From the NCBI GenBank assembly GCA_021815205.1, contig JAKAHD010000002.1, positions 45,538 through 109,537 of the forward strand: 64,000 nucleotides of DNA, written 5' to 3'. The stretch is from a bacterium (GTDB lineage: Bacteria; Patescibacteriota; Minisyncoccia; UBA6257; GWB1-50-10). A model generated the notes under the pieces. That model saw nothing but the letters and a program-made list of their open reading frames with translations. It ran no database searches and was not told the origin of the DNA. Every line of letters begins with the position of its first letter. Positions within the stretch are counted from its first letter, which is position 1. The translations under genes and the position numbers were made by a program. This document shows, piece after piece, positions 25,921-36,059 of this stretch.

Positions 25921-27174
25921 ATGCTTAATGTGAATCTTATACGGGAAAATCCCGAAGCGGTGAAACAGGGGATTATGAAGAAAAATGTCGACGGGAAGCT
26001 TGTCGACAAGTTTTTGAAGCTCGATGAAACGTGGCGCGCAAAAACGAAAGCCCTGGATGAACTGAAGGCGGAACAGAATGCCGTGACAAAGGAGCTTTCA
26101 CACGGCCCGAAAGAGGACTTGATCAGCAAAGCGCAACTCTTAAAGCAGCGTATCGCGGACATAGAGGCAGAGTGCGATGCCGCGGGAGCGAAACGAAAGG
26201 AACTCTTGGGCCGGATCCCGAACGTGCCATTCGAGGATGTGCCGGTTGGGAAAGACGAAACCGAGAATAAGGTGGTCCGCGAAGTCGGAAAGAAACCGAA
26301 GTTTGATTTCGAACCGAAAGAATATCTTCCGCTTGCCGAAAAGCTTGGTATCGTGAATCTCAAAAAGGCATCAGAGGTTTCGGGAAGCCGATTCGGATAT
26401 CTTGTAGGGGACGCGGCGCTCCTCGAGTTTGCGCTCGTACAGCTCGCATTCGATACGGCGCGCGAAGAGGGATTTGTTCCCGTCGTACCGCCCGTGATGA
26501 TCAAGCCCGATGTGTATGCCGGCATGGGGCGTCTTGCCGCCGACCAGAAGGAGGAGCGCTACTATCTGCCGAAGGATGAGCTGTATCTCGTAGGAAGCGC
26601 CGAACACACGGTAGGGCCGCTTCATATGCATGAAGTGTTTGAAGCGGAAGATCTGCCCCGCCGTTATATCGCGTTTTCAACGTGTTTCAGAAGGGAAGCG
26701 GGATCATATGGAAAAGACACGAAGGGGATTTTGAGGGTGCATCAATTCGACAAGGTGGAGTTATTCTCCTTCTCGCACCCAGAAAAATCGGAAGAGGAGC
26801 ATCGGTTCCTCCTTTCGCTCCAGGAGCGATTATTTCAGAAACTTGAGATTCCCTATCGCGTGGTCGCGATCTGTACGGGTGACATGGGATGGACGGATGC
26901 GCGGCAATTCGATATTGAAGCGTGGCTTCCCGGAGAAAAGGCGTATCGCGAGATCACCTCGTGTTCCAACACCACTGACTTCCAGGCGCGCGGCATCAAC
27001 GCGAAATACAAAACGAAGGACGGGAAAAAGGAATTCGTCCATATGCTGAACGCGACTGGGTTCGCGATCGGAAGAACTTTGATCGCGATCATCGAAAACA
27101 ACCAGACGAAAGAAGGGACGATCCGTGTCCCGAAGGCGCTCCAAAGATACCTCGGGAAGGAAGAGATACAGTAA
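25921..27174 (+). CDS. serS: seryl-tRNA synthetase
   Basis: N-terminal coiled coil, class II core (FRREAGS.GKDT.G..R.HQF.KVE). Confidence 0.9.
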   Translation: MLNVNLIRENPEAVKQGIMKKNVDGKLVDKFLKLDETWRAKTKALDELKAEQNAVTKELSHGPKEDLISKAQLLKQRIADIEAECDAAGAKRKELLGRIPNVPFEDVPVGKDETENKVVREVGKKPKFDFEPKEYLPLAEKLGIVNLKKASEVSGSRFGYLVGDAALLEFALVQLAFDTAREEGFVPVVPPVMIKPDVYAGMGRLAADQKEERYYLPKDELYLVGSAEHTVGPLHMHEVFEAEDLPRRYIAFSTCFRREAGSYGKDTKGILRVHQFDKVELFSFSHPEKSEEEHRFLLSLQERLFQKLEIPYRVVAICTGDMGWTDARQFDIEAWLPGEKAYREITSCSNTTDFQARGINAKYKTKDGKKEFVHMLNATGFAIGRTLIAIIENNQTKEGTIRVPKALQRYLGKEEIQ

Positions 27175-27244
27175 ATGAGGCAGTAGGTAGCAGAATTTTA
27201 AAACCCTGTATACCATAGTGAGATAGTAATAAAATAGAACCCAC

Positions 27245-27278
27245 ACCAAGTTATTTCGCCATGGCGAAATAACTTGGT
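27245..27278. promoter_or_regulatory. perfect 34-bp palindrome accaagttatttcgccatggcgaaataacttggt (operator-like) at start of PaaX-like gene
   Basis: Exact self-complementarity; 42-bp version at 28042-28083. Confidence 0.7.
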
Positions 27279-27900
27279 AGAAAATGGAACGCGCGCCAAA
27301 ATAAGGCACATGACTCAAGGACAGAAAAGAAAAATGCAATTACGGCGCGGATCCCGTGCGCATCATATTATGAAATGTGTTGCATTGGGAGGCGGTGTGC
27401 TGGTTCTATCGCTTGTTGCTCCTATGGGCGGCGCACTCCTTGTGCGAAATTTGATCCGCGTGTATTTCAGGAGGAGATCTTTTGAGAAAAAACGGTTCCT
27501 GAACGACCTCAAGAGTCTTCGGGAACGCAGTTTGGTGGAGTATCATGAGTCACGGGACGGAACGGTGAGGATTACGTTCACAAAAGCGGGAAAAGAAAAG
27601 ATGCTTGAATATCGGGTGGACGAGATGAAGCTTAAAAGGCCAGAAAAGTGGGATAAAAAATGGCGTCTCGTAATGTTTGATATTCCAAGCGATCACAAAG
27701 AAGCGAGAGATGCATTAAGAAGAAAGTTGAAGAGATTGGAATTTTATCCTATGCAGAAAAGCGTGTATCTTACCCCGTATCCATGCGAAGATGAAATAGA
27801 ATTTTTAGCCGCGCTCTTTGATGTGAGGCGATATATACTCGTGCTTTACGCAAGCGGTTTTGAGAGCGAGGAGAAATTAAAACGGCATTTTGATTTGTGA
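27274..27900 (+). CDS. PaaX-like regulator: N-terminal hydrophobic segment, wHTH, Cas2/VapD-like domain (start uncertain, possibly 27310 or 27370)
   Basis: SLVEYHESRDGTVRITFTKAGKEKM (winged helix) then WRLVMFDIPSDHKEARDALRRKLKRLEFYPMQKSVYL (Cas2-like strand-helix-strand as in PaaX central domain). Confidence 0.5.
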   Translation: MVENGTRAKIRHMTQGQKRKMQLRRGSRAHHIMKCVALGGGVLVLSLVAPMGGALLVRNLIRVYFRRRSFEKKRFLNDLKSLRERSLVEYHESRDGTVRITFTKAGKEKMLEYRVDEMKLKRPEKWDKKWRLVMFDIPSDHKEARDALRRKLKRLEFYPMQKSVYLTPYPCEDEIEFLAALFDVRRYILVLYASGFESEEKLKRHFDL

Positions 27901-28041
27901 AGTTTTTGTAGCGCTCTATGACCCTCGTAGTCGCGTGATTGTTATGGCGGAGTAGGCCGAATGCGGCACTCACCTCACACACTTTGTCGAGTGGAGTTTC
28001 TTGAGGCGCGTCGCCGTAGCGGCCCGCCCTAAAGGTTTTGC

Positions 28042-28083
28042 GCCACACCAAGTTATTTCGCCATGGCGAAATAACTTGGTGTG
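28042..28083. promoter_or_regulatory. perfect 42-bp palindrome ccacaccaagttatttcgccatggcgaaataacttggtgtgg (second operator-like copy)
   Basis: Exact self-complementarity; ~40 nt upstream of PKD-domain gene. Confidence 0.7.
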
Positions 28084-28121
28084 GGCATGGAGGTAGTACA
28101 AATGTGTATAATAAAAGAGTA

Positions 28122-28769
28122 ATGAGAATTTTTAGGAAGGCATTGCTTTGGATTATCGTGCTCGTAGCCGTGGGATACGGCGCATGGTATGCCTACTCCA
28201 AGTGGTGGGGGATTGATAATGCGAAACGGGTGGGGGGCTTTATGGATACTACGGCGAAAAATATCGGCAATGCCGCCGTCACGAAGGCGGGTGAAATAGG
28301 GACCGAGGTGGCATCGAATACGGTGAAAAGCGCACGCTCCTTCGTAGGGAGCACGATCGGCAACCTGCTCTCGGGGCTCGGAAGCTCGATTGAGAATGCG
28401 GGGATAGGTCTCGGAGGAACTCCTTCGTCTCCGGCGGGATCAACTACGAACGGAAATCAAACCTACGCACAGCCGGCTCTTCCAAGCGGTTCCGCGCCCG
28501 CGCCGACCTCGAGCGCGTTCTCTGTGCCGCCGCCTCCCGCGACGGTTATGACGAAAGTGGGCGTGCCATTGAGTTTCTCGATCAACAGCGGAACAACATA
28601 CCGCGTTGAATGGGGAGATGGAAAAGTCGCCGAAGGGACGACTGCGGCGCACGAAGTTACGGTCATCAGCCATATGTGGAGTGCACAAGGCGACTATACG
28701 GTGCATATGACGATCGGAGACAACGGGTCAAAAACCATTTCGTCGTTTCCGGTACGAGCGTACCAATAG
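28122..28769 (+). CDS. membrane-anchored protein with C-terminal PKD/Ig-like domain (hypothetical)
   Basis: Start at MRIFRKALLWIIVLVAVGYGAW; Gly/Ser-rich linker; YRVEWGDG...H.V...W...GDYTVHMTIGDNG resembles PKD. Confidence 0.5.
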   Translation: MRIFRKALLWIIVLVAVGYGAWYAYSKWWGIDNAKRVGGFMDTTAKNIGNAAVTKAGEIGTEVASNTVKSARSFVGSTIGNLLSGLGSSIENAGIGLGGTPSSPAGSTTNGNQTYAQPALPSGSAPAPTSSAFSVPPPPATVMTKVGVPLSFSINSGTTYRVEWGDGKVAEGTTAAHEVTVISHMWSAQGDYTVHMTIGDNGSKTISSFPVRAYQ

Positions 28770-28772
28770 AAG

Positions 28773-29588
28773 ATGTTCCGGTATAAGAAGAAAAAATTCA
28801 ATCCCGAACTCTATCCCTCTCATCACAAAAAGAAACGGAACGCAATCTGGTTCTGGATAGCGAGCGGAGCGATCATCATTCTCCTTCTCACGGGTGCGGG
28901 ATATGCGGCGCTGAACCTTGTCTGGCTCCGCGTAGCCGATTTTAAAGTGGAGGGAAACGTACAGGTGCCGCCCGACGCGATTATTTCCGAGACGGCGAAG
29001 GAGATGCTTACGAACACATGGCGGGGATGGATAGGTCCCGGAAATATCCTGTTCTGGGTGTTCGGAAAAACCCCGGAGCGCCTCGACCGCTTTCCCGAGG
29101 TGAAGGAAGTGCGCGTCACCTCGAATCTTTTTACGCGCAGCGTGAATATCACGGCGGAGGAACGAACGCCATTCGCGATTCTATGCGAGGCGTCTTCAAC
29201 GAGGTGTTTCGTTATGGATCACGAAGGGATTCTTTTCGCCTCGGCGCCCCAGACGGAGGGGACGCTCATTCTGAAGATTCAGGATGCCACAAATCGGACC
29301 CTGCTCCTCGGAATGCCGTTTCTTCCGGATGCTTTGTGGATACATCACGTCTTTTCGGTGCTCGAGGCATTGAAGCGGAACGATTTTGTGCCGCGTGCGA
29401 CCTCAATTGAAAGTCTTTCGCTCCGCACGTGGTCCGTGAAGGTGACCCAGGGACCAACATTCGTCTTCAGCTTGAACTTCGTGCCAGACAATCTCGACTC
29501 CATCTTGAGCAACCTCTCCGGAAAGTTGGATTTTTCGAGCGTCTCGACGGTGAACTTTGAAGTGCCGAACAGGATATACTACCAATAA
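28773..29588 (+). CDS. ftsQ: cell division protein FtsQ/DivIB
   Basis: Short cytoplasmic tail, one TM, POTRA-like FKVEGNVQVPPDAI, FtsQ-type beta domain. Confidence 0.7.
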   Translation: MFRYKKKKFNPELYPSHHKKKRNAIWFWIASGAIIILLLTGAGYAALNLVWLRVADFKVEGNVQVPPDAIISETAKEMLTNTWRGWIGPGNILFWVFGKTPERLDRFPEVKEVRVTSNLFTRSVNITAEERTPFAILCEASSTRCFVMDHEGILFASAPQTEGTLILKIQDATNRTLLLGMPFLPDALWIHHVFSVLEALKRNDFVPRATSIESLSLRTWSVKVTQGPTFVFSLNFVPDNLDSILSNLSGKLDFSSVSTVNFEVPNRIYYQ

Positions 29589-29692
29589 GGACAAATTTTA
29601 AATTCTAAATTTCAATTGAATGAACGAATTTTAAAATGTAATAAGTTGAAATTGATTTAAAATTTAGAACTTAAAATTTAAAATTATCGCAT
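29589..29692. terminator. AT-rich ~100-bp inverted repeat between convergent ftsQ and PMT genes (likely bidirectional terminator)
   Basis: aaattttaaattctaaatttcaattgaatgaac ... gttgaaattgatttaaaatttagaacttaaaatttaaaatt. Confidence 0.5.
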
Positions 29693-31570
29693 GTGGTACA
29701 CGAATATTGACGTTCCTACCCTGTAATCCGGCTGTGGTACCTCTCCCATACCCGGTTTCGGAGGGCGGAGCGCGGTAAGCCATTCGTATGAATTCTCGGA
29801 CTTCCTCGTGAAGCCGTTCGAAACGGGCGCGATCGAGCTCTCAAGCGTGTTAATGGAGACGGCGAGCCACTCGATTCCTTGTATGCTCGGATCGCCATCC
29901 TTCGAAGCCCATGGGATCGCGACATTTTTACCGAGATAGTATTCCGGACTGCCGCCGCCGAAGTAATCCACGGCGATTTTTTGTATATGGCGTTCCTGAA
30001 CGAACGATGCGAGACGTTTCAGGTCTTGCCCCCAGTCGTAGTTCGAATCGTCAACGTAGCGATAGCCGTTTTGGGTTCCGCCCGTGATCTCATTAGTGTA
30101 AGAGAGGAGATAAGGATACGCGGCGACCGTTTCGCCGATGAACCAGATGGCGCACAATCCCGCGGTCGAGGCTCGTACGAGCCGCCCTTTTTCTTTCGCA
30201 AGTATCCAGTGCCGCACCCCGAGCGCGGCGAGAATGTAAATGAAGGGAAGGGTGGGGAGAAGATGCCGTACGCCGATATTCAAATTCGAATGCATGCTGT
30301 ACGTCCAGTAGAACGCGATAATAAAGAGCATCGCAAACTCGGCGAAGTGGATGCCGAGATATTCGCCGAGGCGCCGCATGCGCGACATAAGGAACGGCGA
30401 CTTTTTGAATACGGATGCGAGTCCGGTAGAGAGCGCAAGAAGTATGAGGAGGAGAGAAGGGATCGGCTCCTTGAGAAGGAAGACGACGGGGAAGTAGTAC
30501 CACCACCCCGTATTCGTGACCGTGCCGAGGAAGTATGCCGTGTTTCCTCCGCTTGAGCGCTGGAGCACCATCATAATTCCAAGGAAGTAGTGTGCGATCG
30601 GCCTCGTGATCGGGTTCGAAGCGAGCGCGATTTCAAACGAGGCGAGCGGTGAGGATTTGAAGAAATCCCCGAGAAGGTATTGTGTGTCGTGAATCTGCTT
30701 CTCGATCGGATAATGAAGCGTGAGGACGGCGTACGCCGCAACAATCACGGCGAGCGCGATTGCGAACATAAAGGCGAGCTTGCCCGCGTAGCGGAGCGCG
30801 CCGCGCGTAAAGAAGCGGAACGGCCGTACCTCGTCCCCGGAGTCCTTTTTTCTGATAGTTTCTCCGAGAAGAAAAAACCCCGCAAGCATCACGAAAAGCG
30901 GAATAAGAAGTACGGTTGAGAATTTGGTGAGTTCGGCGATACCGAGCGCAATCCCCGCGTAGAGCAGGTTCTTTTTCGATTGATGGGTGAGATAGCGCAC
31001 GAAATAAAAGCTCGCAAGAAGAAAGCCGAATGCGGCGGCAAGGTCCGTCGTCACGTAATGCCCGTGAGCAAGTACGGTAGGTGAGAGGCCAAAAAGAAAT
31101 GCGGGAAGGAGCCCCCACTCGGAGCCCATCACGTCTTTCGCCCACACGTATATGAGCACGACAGTGAGAAGCGTAAGAAGTATCGGAAATATCCGCGCGA
31201 GCGAGATCATCTGATCGGCGTTGTTTCCCGAGTCATAAAGAAAGATCGTGCCGATATCCCACTGCGCGTTCGTCTCGTGCGTCCAATGGGCGCTTGTCGC
31301 GGGGAAGGAAATCGGGAGTGAAAGAAGAGGAAGCGCGGCAAGCGCCTTCAGAAGCGGGGGATGCTCGGGATTCAGGCGATAATCCAAGAATTTCGCGTAC
31401 GTATATCCCGCGGGAATGTGCGCGAGCTCGTCCATGATCGCGGATTCCTGTCCCGCGAGGTTCCACATGAGGGAGCCCGAAACGACGAGTATGAGACACA
31501 ACGCGATCGGCGCAAAAAGCGCCCTGGATTTTATCTGCATGATGGAGGTTTTTATGGTATCATTATACAA
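29684..31570 (-). CDS. GT-C family glycosyltransferase, PMT/ArnT-like (GT39/GT83)
   Basis: ~12 TM; first-loop IMDELAHIPAGYTY (DE..H motif); 628 aa. Confidence 0.75.
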   Translation of the reverse strand: MYNDTIKTSIMQIKSRALFAPIALCLILVVSGSLMWNLAGQESAIMDELAHIPAGYTYAKFLDYRLNPEHPPLLKALAALPLLSLPISFPATSAHWTHETNAQWDIGTIFLYDSGNNADQMISLARIFPILLTLLTVVLIYVWAKDVMGSEWGLLPAFLFGLSPTVLAHGHYVTTDLAAAFGFLLASFYFVRYLTHQSKKNLLYAGIALGIAELTKFSTVLLIPLFVMLAGFFLLGETIRKKDSGDEVRPFRFFTRGALRYAGKLAFMFAIALAVIVAAYAVLTLHYPIEKQIHDTQYLLGDFFKSSPLASFEIALASNPITRPIAHYFLGIMMVLQRSSGGNTAYFLGTVTNTGWWYYFPVVFLLKEPIPSLLLILLALSTGLASVFKKSPFLMSRMRRLGEYLGIHFAEFAMLFIIAFYWTYSMHSNLNIGVRHLLPTLPFIYILAALGVRHWILAKEKGRLVRASTAGLCAIWFIGETVAAYPYLLSYTNEITGGTQNGYRYVDDSNYDWGQDLKRLASFVQERHIQKIAVDYFGGGSPEYYLGKNVAIPWASKDGDPSIQGIEWLAVSINTLESSIAPVSNGFTRKSENSYEWLTALRPPKPGMGEVPQPDYRVGTSIFVYHMR

Positions 31571-31683
31571 CAGAATTAAGGTTTATCGGACACCAGCATA
31601 TATCGGCTTTATCAGCACACATCAGCGTCAAAAATCCCCTCGGCTTAATTATGATATCAACTCGAAATAACAACGTGGAAAAT

Positions 31684-32475
31684 ATGAAAAGGAGCATACA
31701 CAGTAAGCTTGGTTTTTCACTCGTCGAACTTATGATCTATATCGCGATCTTTATGGTGAGTGCGGTTTTTTTGGTCGCGATCCTTACGACGTTTACGAGA
31801 ATCCAATCGCGGCAGACCTCCGAAGGGGAGGTGAATCGGCAGATAGGGTTCGTGGGAGACACGATACAGCGGCTCGTGCAAAACGCGAGTCTTGTCGATA
31901 TGACGGCAGGCGTCGCGACGTCCACGTTAAAACTCCGCACGGCGTCTTCGACGAATGATCCAACACTCGTCTACGCGAGCGGTACGGCAGTGTACTTGAA
32001 GCAGGGATCGAGCGCTCCGATTGCGCTCACAAACTCGGAGGTCACGGTCGGGAGTTTTCTCGTCACGCCGTACGTGAACCCGGGGGGCGTTACGATTGTC
32101 CAATTAAACCTCACAATGAGTTATCAGGCGACGAATCCCACGGGCCAGCTCACGCGGTCGCTTGCAACCTCGATCGCAAGGGTATCGGCGGCGCAGTTTG
32201 ATTCATCGGTGTATCCGAACGCGGACGGCACGCTTGATCTCGGCACTGCGACGAATGAATGGAGGAACGCGTACTTCAGCGGCACCGTGACGACCAAGGG
32301 GCTTACCACCTTGGGGACGGGAGTTGCCGGCGCGACGACCTTGAAGGCGCAGGGGAATATAGGATTTTCCACCTCGAGTTACGGGATTATCTTCGTGACT
32401 CCCGGAGGTTCGTGTCTTCTGATGGGTCTCTCGAATTCGGGAAATGTCACCACAAGTTCCGTTGCCTGCCCGTAG
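31684..32475 (+). CDS. type IV pilin/pseudopilin (prepilin N-terminal methylation motif)
   Basis: KLGFSLVELMIYIAIF (G|FSLVE cleavage/methylation motif) then hydrophobic helix; start at MKRSIHS. Confidence 0.8.
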   Translation: MKRSIHSKLGFSLVELMIYIAIFMVSAVFLVAILTTFTRIQSRQTSEGEVNRQIGFVGDTIQRLVQNASLVDMTAGVATSTLKLRTASSTNDPTLVYASGTAVYLKQGSSAPIALTNSEVTVGSFLVTPYVNPGGVTIVQLNLTMSYQATNPTGQLTRSLATSIARVSAAQFDSSVYPNADGTLDLGTATNEWRNAYFSGTVTTKGLTTLGTGVAGATTLKAQGNIGFSTSSYGIIFVTPGGSCLLMGLSNSGNVTTSSVACP

Positions 32476-32546
32476 CCATAGAAGCAGATTACCTGCCTGA
32501 CCAAAAACTTGGTCGTTCGGGCGGGCGCCACGAAGGGCGGTAGAGA

Positions 32547-32581
32547 TTAGCGCTTGACAATATCGAGTGCTAATTTATACT
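32547..32581 (+). promoter_or_regulatory. CIRCE operator (TTAGCGCTT-N9-GAGTGCTAA) overlapping sigma70 promoter (TTGACA 32554-59, TATACT 32576-81) of the hrcA-grpE-dnaK-dnaJ operon
   Basis: CIRCE consensus TTAGCACTC-N9-GAGTGCTAA: right arm perfect, left arm 2 mismatches; -35 lies in the spacer. Confidence 0.8.
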
Positions 32582-32589
32582 TATACCTA

Positions 32590-33288
32590 ATGACAGAACG
32601 TACGGAAGCGATATTGGAAGCGGCGCTTCGTGATTTCATCAGCACCGGAAGGCCGGTTACCTCGGAATCGCTCTACGAATCGCATGATTTCGGCATCAAG
32701 CCCGCGATGATACGCTGGGAATTAAACGAATTGAGCAAAGAAGGGTATTTTTATCAGCGCCATCCTTCGGGCGGCAGGATACCCTCCGACAAGGCATACC
32801 GTTTTTTTACGGAACGCACACTCCGCAAAGAAGAGGCGCGGAACGTCCGGGGTTTCGAGAGCGCACTCCACGATTTTGTGAAAGGAGCGCGCAGAGCGTT
32901 TATCGAAGGTCTCGCGGAGCAGTTTGGAAACTTGAGCGTAGGATACGAACCGGAGTACGATGAGGTTTACGAAAGCGGACTCCACGCGCTGTTACGCCGC
33001 CTTCAGGATGACGCCATCGCCCCCGATGAGCTCTTGGAGATCGTGAGCGATTTCGAATCCCTTCCGCTTCGTGTCCACGAGCTGCGTTCCTGGTGGGAAG
33101 AGGAAGGAATGTGGCCCCGGGTATTCGTCGGGAAGAATCCGTTTACGAAAAGCACGAACGTCGCGGTCGTCGCCTCATGCCTCAAGCGCGGCGAAGAACA
33201 GTTTCTCCTGCTTTCGATAGGCCCGAAACGGATGGATTACGCGAAACCGATCAGGGCGTTCAAGTTTTTTGAAAGGTCATTGGAATAA
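32590..33288 (+). CDS. hrcA: heat-inducible transcription repressor HrcA (short form)
   Basis: N-terminal wHTH (LTERTEAIL.A...F..TG.PV.S..L......S.A.IR.E...L...G...HPSGGR.PS..AYR.F); upstream of grpE-dnaK; CIRCE in own promoter. Confidence 0.8.
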   Translation: MTERTEAILEAALRDFISTGRPVTSESLYESHDFGIKPAMIRWELNELSKEGYFYQRHPSGGRIPSDKAYRFFTERTLRKEEARNVRGFESALHDFVKGARRAFIEGLAEQFGNLSVGYEPEYDEVYESGLHALLRRLQDDAIAPDELLEIVSDFESLPLRVHELRSWWEEEGMWPRVFVGKNPFTKSTNVAVVASCLKRGEEQFLLLSIGPKRMDYAKPIRAFKFFERSLE

Positions 33289-33309
33289 AGATATATGAAG
33301 GGATAATTT

Positions 33310-33382
33310 GTCATCCTGAACGCAGTGAAGGATCTTTTGTTGTAGAGATTCTTCGTCCGCTAGCGGGTGAACTCAGAATGAC
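33310..33382. repeat. MITE-like element W (full copy with TIR gtcatcctgaa/ctcagaatgac)
   Basis: tgtcatcctgaacgcagtgaaggatc...gagattcttcgtccgctagcgggtgaactcagaatgac. Confidence 0.65.
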
Positions 33383-33415
33383 GTCGGTCGACATCTGAAT
33401 AAAAAGGCAATTACT

Positions 33416-33976
33416 ATGGAGGAAAATAATAAAGACGAATTTACGGAGAAGTGGAATAGCGTATATGGTTCGCTTCCTCCGGAATGTCAAGAGAAGTTGG
33501 AACCAATAACTGAACTTTTCAAGGATACCTTGAAGAAAGTTGAAAAAGACCGGGACGAATACCTCGGCGGATGGAAGCGGGCAAAGGCCGATCTCATAAA
33601 CTATAAAAAAGAAGAAGCGGAGCGCATGCAGTACCTCGCGAGAAAAAGCAACGAAACGCTCCTCGGCGATCTTATCATGATTCTCGATAGTTTCGAGCTT
33701 GGACTTTCCGCGATGGACGAGCACGACGCTTCAAAGAAAGGCATGGCACTCATACGGAATCAGTTATACGACACGATGAAAAAGTACGGCGTCGAAATCG
33801 TGAAAATCCGCGAGGGAGATCCGTACGACCCGGAATTCGCGGAGGCGGTGGGGACGATCGAATCGGGGCAGAGTCCGGGTACAATCGCGGAAGAGGTAAC
33901 GAAAGGGTATACTCTCTACGGAAAGACATTGCGTCCGGCGAGGGTCATCATAACAAAAGAGAAGAGCGAAAAATAA
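33416..33976 (+). CDS. grpE: nucleotide exchange factor GrpE
   Basis: Coiled-coil N-term; LLGDLIMILDSFE; C-terminal beta domain. Confidence 0.9.
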   Translation: MEENNKDEFTEKWNSVYGSLPPECQEKLEPITELFKDTLKKVEKDRDEYLGGWKRAKADLINYKKEEAERMQYLARKSNETLLGDLIMILDSFELGLSAMDEHDASKKGMALIRNQLYDTMKKYGVEIVKIREGDPYDPEFAEAVGTIESGQSPGTIAEEVTKGYTLYGKTLRPARVIITKEKSEK

Positions 33977-34132
33977 AGTCGAAATAATAATAAAAATAAC
34001 AAATCACAAATTCCAGATAACAAATAAGTTCCAATATTCAAACTCTCATCGGTGTTTTCGTGAATCGTTTGGATATTTAATTATTGCAATTTATTTGAGA
34101 TTTGGTGCTTGGTATTTGGAAATTAAACAACT

Positions 34133-36001
34133 ATGCCAAAAATTTTGGGAATCGATCTGGGAACGACGAACTCGGCAATGGCCGTGATCGAAGGCGGCGA
34201 GCCGAGGGTTTTGGAAAACAGTGAAGGCGCCCGCACGACGCCCTCGATGATCGCGGTCAGTAAGTCGGGGGAACGGCTCGCGGGAATGCTTGCGAAGCGC
34301 CAGGGAGTCGTGAATCCGAAACACACGATCTATTCGATGAAACGGCTCATTGGGCGGAAATTCACCGATCCCGAGGTACAGAAAGACAAGGCGTGGCTTA
34401 CCTACGATATCCGCGAGTCCTCCAAAGGAGGCGTCGAGATCCATATGGGCGACAAGTGGTACACACCCGAGGAGATCTCGGCGATGGTGCTTCAAAAACT
34501 CAAGGCGGATGCGGAAGCGAAGCTCGGGGAGACAATTGAAGAAGCGGTCATTACCGTACCTGCGTACTTTGACGATTCGGAACGCCAGGCGACGAAGAAC
34601 GCGGGAGAAGTTGCGGGGTTTAAAGTGCGAAGAATATTGAACGAGCCGACTGCGGCGGCTTTGGCATACGGCTTAAATAAACAGAAGAACGAAAAGATAG
34701 TGGTTTATGATTTCGGCGGCGGCACGTTCGACATCTCTATTCTCGAGGTGGGCGATGATACCGTGGAGGTGAAGGCGACGGGGGGTGATACGCATCTCGG
34801 AGGCGATGATTTCGACAAACGTATCATCGAGCATCTTGTCGGCGAGTATAAGAAACAGGAAGGAGTTGATCTTTCGAAAGACACACTTGCGCTCCAACGC
34901 TTGAAGGAGGCCGCCGAGCGCGCGAAGCACGAGCTCTCGACCGTTACGGAAACTGAGATTAACCTCCCCTACATTACCTCGGACGCATCGGGGCCGAAGC
35001 ATTTCCTTATGAAGCTTACTCGCGCAAAACTCGAAAATCTCGTCGCGGATTTCATCGAGCGCTCAATCACGCTTGTGAAGGACGCGGTTACGGCGCCGGC
35101 GCCGAAGGGTGCGGGGCTTGCACTCTCGGACATCAATGAGGTGGTCTTGGTGGGAGGGCAGACGAGAATGCCCGCGATTCAGGAGGCAGTGAAGAAGCTT
35201 TTCGGGAAGGAACCCCATAAGGGCATTAATCCCGACGAAGTGGTTGCGATAGGCGCCGCGGTACAGGCGGGGATCTTGCAGGGAGACGTGAAAGACATCT
35301 TGCTCCTCGACGTGACCCCGCTTACCCTAAGCATCGAAACTTTGGGAGGGGTCGCGACCCCCATGATTCAAAAGAACACGACGGTACCGACCTCGAAAAC
35401 GCAAACCTTCTCCACCGCCGCGGACAATCAGACCTCGGTCGAGGTGCATATCGGGCAAGGCGAGCGGCCGATGATGGCGGACAATAAAACGCTTGCGCGG
35501 TTCATTCTGGACGGGATTCCGCCCGCGCCCCGCGGCGTGCCGCAGATCGAAGTAACCTTCGATATTGATGCAAACGGAATTCTCACGGTTTCGGCGAAAG
35601 ACAAGGCGTCCGGAAAAGCGCAATCGGTCCGCGTCGAAGCGACGACGACGCTCTCGAAGGACGAGGTGGAGCGCCTCAAGAAAGAAGCCGCGGAGCATGC
35701 GGCGGAGGATGAAAGGAAAAAGGAGCTCATCGATGTAAAGAACCAGGCGGAGACGCTTATCTACACCGCAGAGAAGAGCCTTCGCGATTTAGGGGATAAG
35801 GTGACCCCGGAGATGAAGGACGAGATTAATCAGAAGATCGCGCGAGTACACGAAGTGAAGCAAGGAGAAGATAAGGCCGCAATCGATGCGGCGACCAAGG
35901 AACTCTCCGCATCCCTTCAAAAGATAGGCGAATCTCTCTATAATAAAAAAGATGAACCCCAATCCGGAGATAGTGAGCCGCACCAGGGAGCCGGAGAATG
36001 A
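34133..36001 (+). CDS. dnaK: chaperone DnaK (Hsp70)
   Basis: [18 protein letters not shown], full NBD+SBD; 622 aa. Confidence 0.97.
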   Translation: MPKILGIDLGTTNSAMAVIEGGEPRVLENSEGARTTPSMIAVSKSGERLAGMLAKRQGVVNPKHTIYSMKRLIGRKFTDPEVQKDKAWLTYDIRESSKGGVEIHMGDKWYTPEEISAMVLQKLKADAEAKLGETIEEAVITVPAYFDDSERQATKNAGEVAGFKVRRILNEPTAAALAYGLNKQKNEKIVVYDFGGGTFDISILEVGDDTVEVKATGGDTHLGGDDFDKRIIEHLVGEYKKQEGVDLSKDTLALQRLKEAAERAKHELSTVTETEINLPYITSDASGPKHFLMKLTRAKLENLVADFIERSITLVKDAVTAPAPKGAGLALSDINEVVLVGGQTRMPAIQEAVKKLFGKEPHKGINPDEVVAIGAAVQAGILQGDVKDILLLDVTPLTLSIETLGGVATPMIQKNTTVPTSKTQTFSTAADNQTSVEVHIGQGERPMMADNKTLARFILDGIPPAPRGVPQIEVTFDIDANGILTVSAKDKASGKAQSVRVEATTTLSKDEVERLKKEAAEHAAEDERKKELIDVKNQAETLIYTAEKSLRDLGDKVTPEMKDEINQKIARVHEVKQGEDKAAIDAATKELSASLQKIGESLYNKKDEPQSGDSEPHQGAGE

Positions 36002-36059
36002 CAGAAGCCCGTGGAAGATCGCGCTCCTCGGGCTTTTCGGCGTTGCATCAAGCGCGGCC

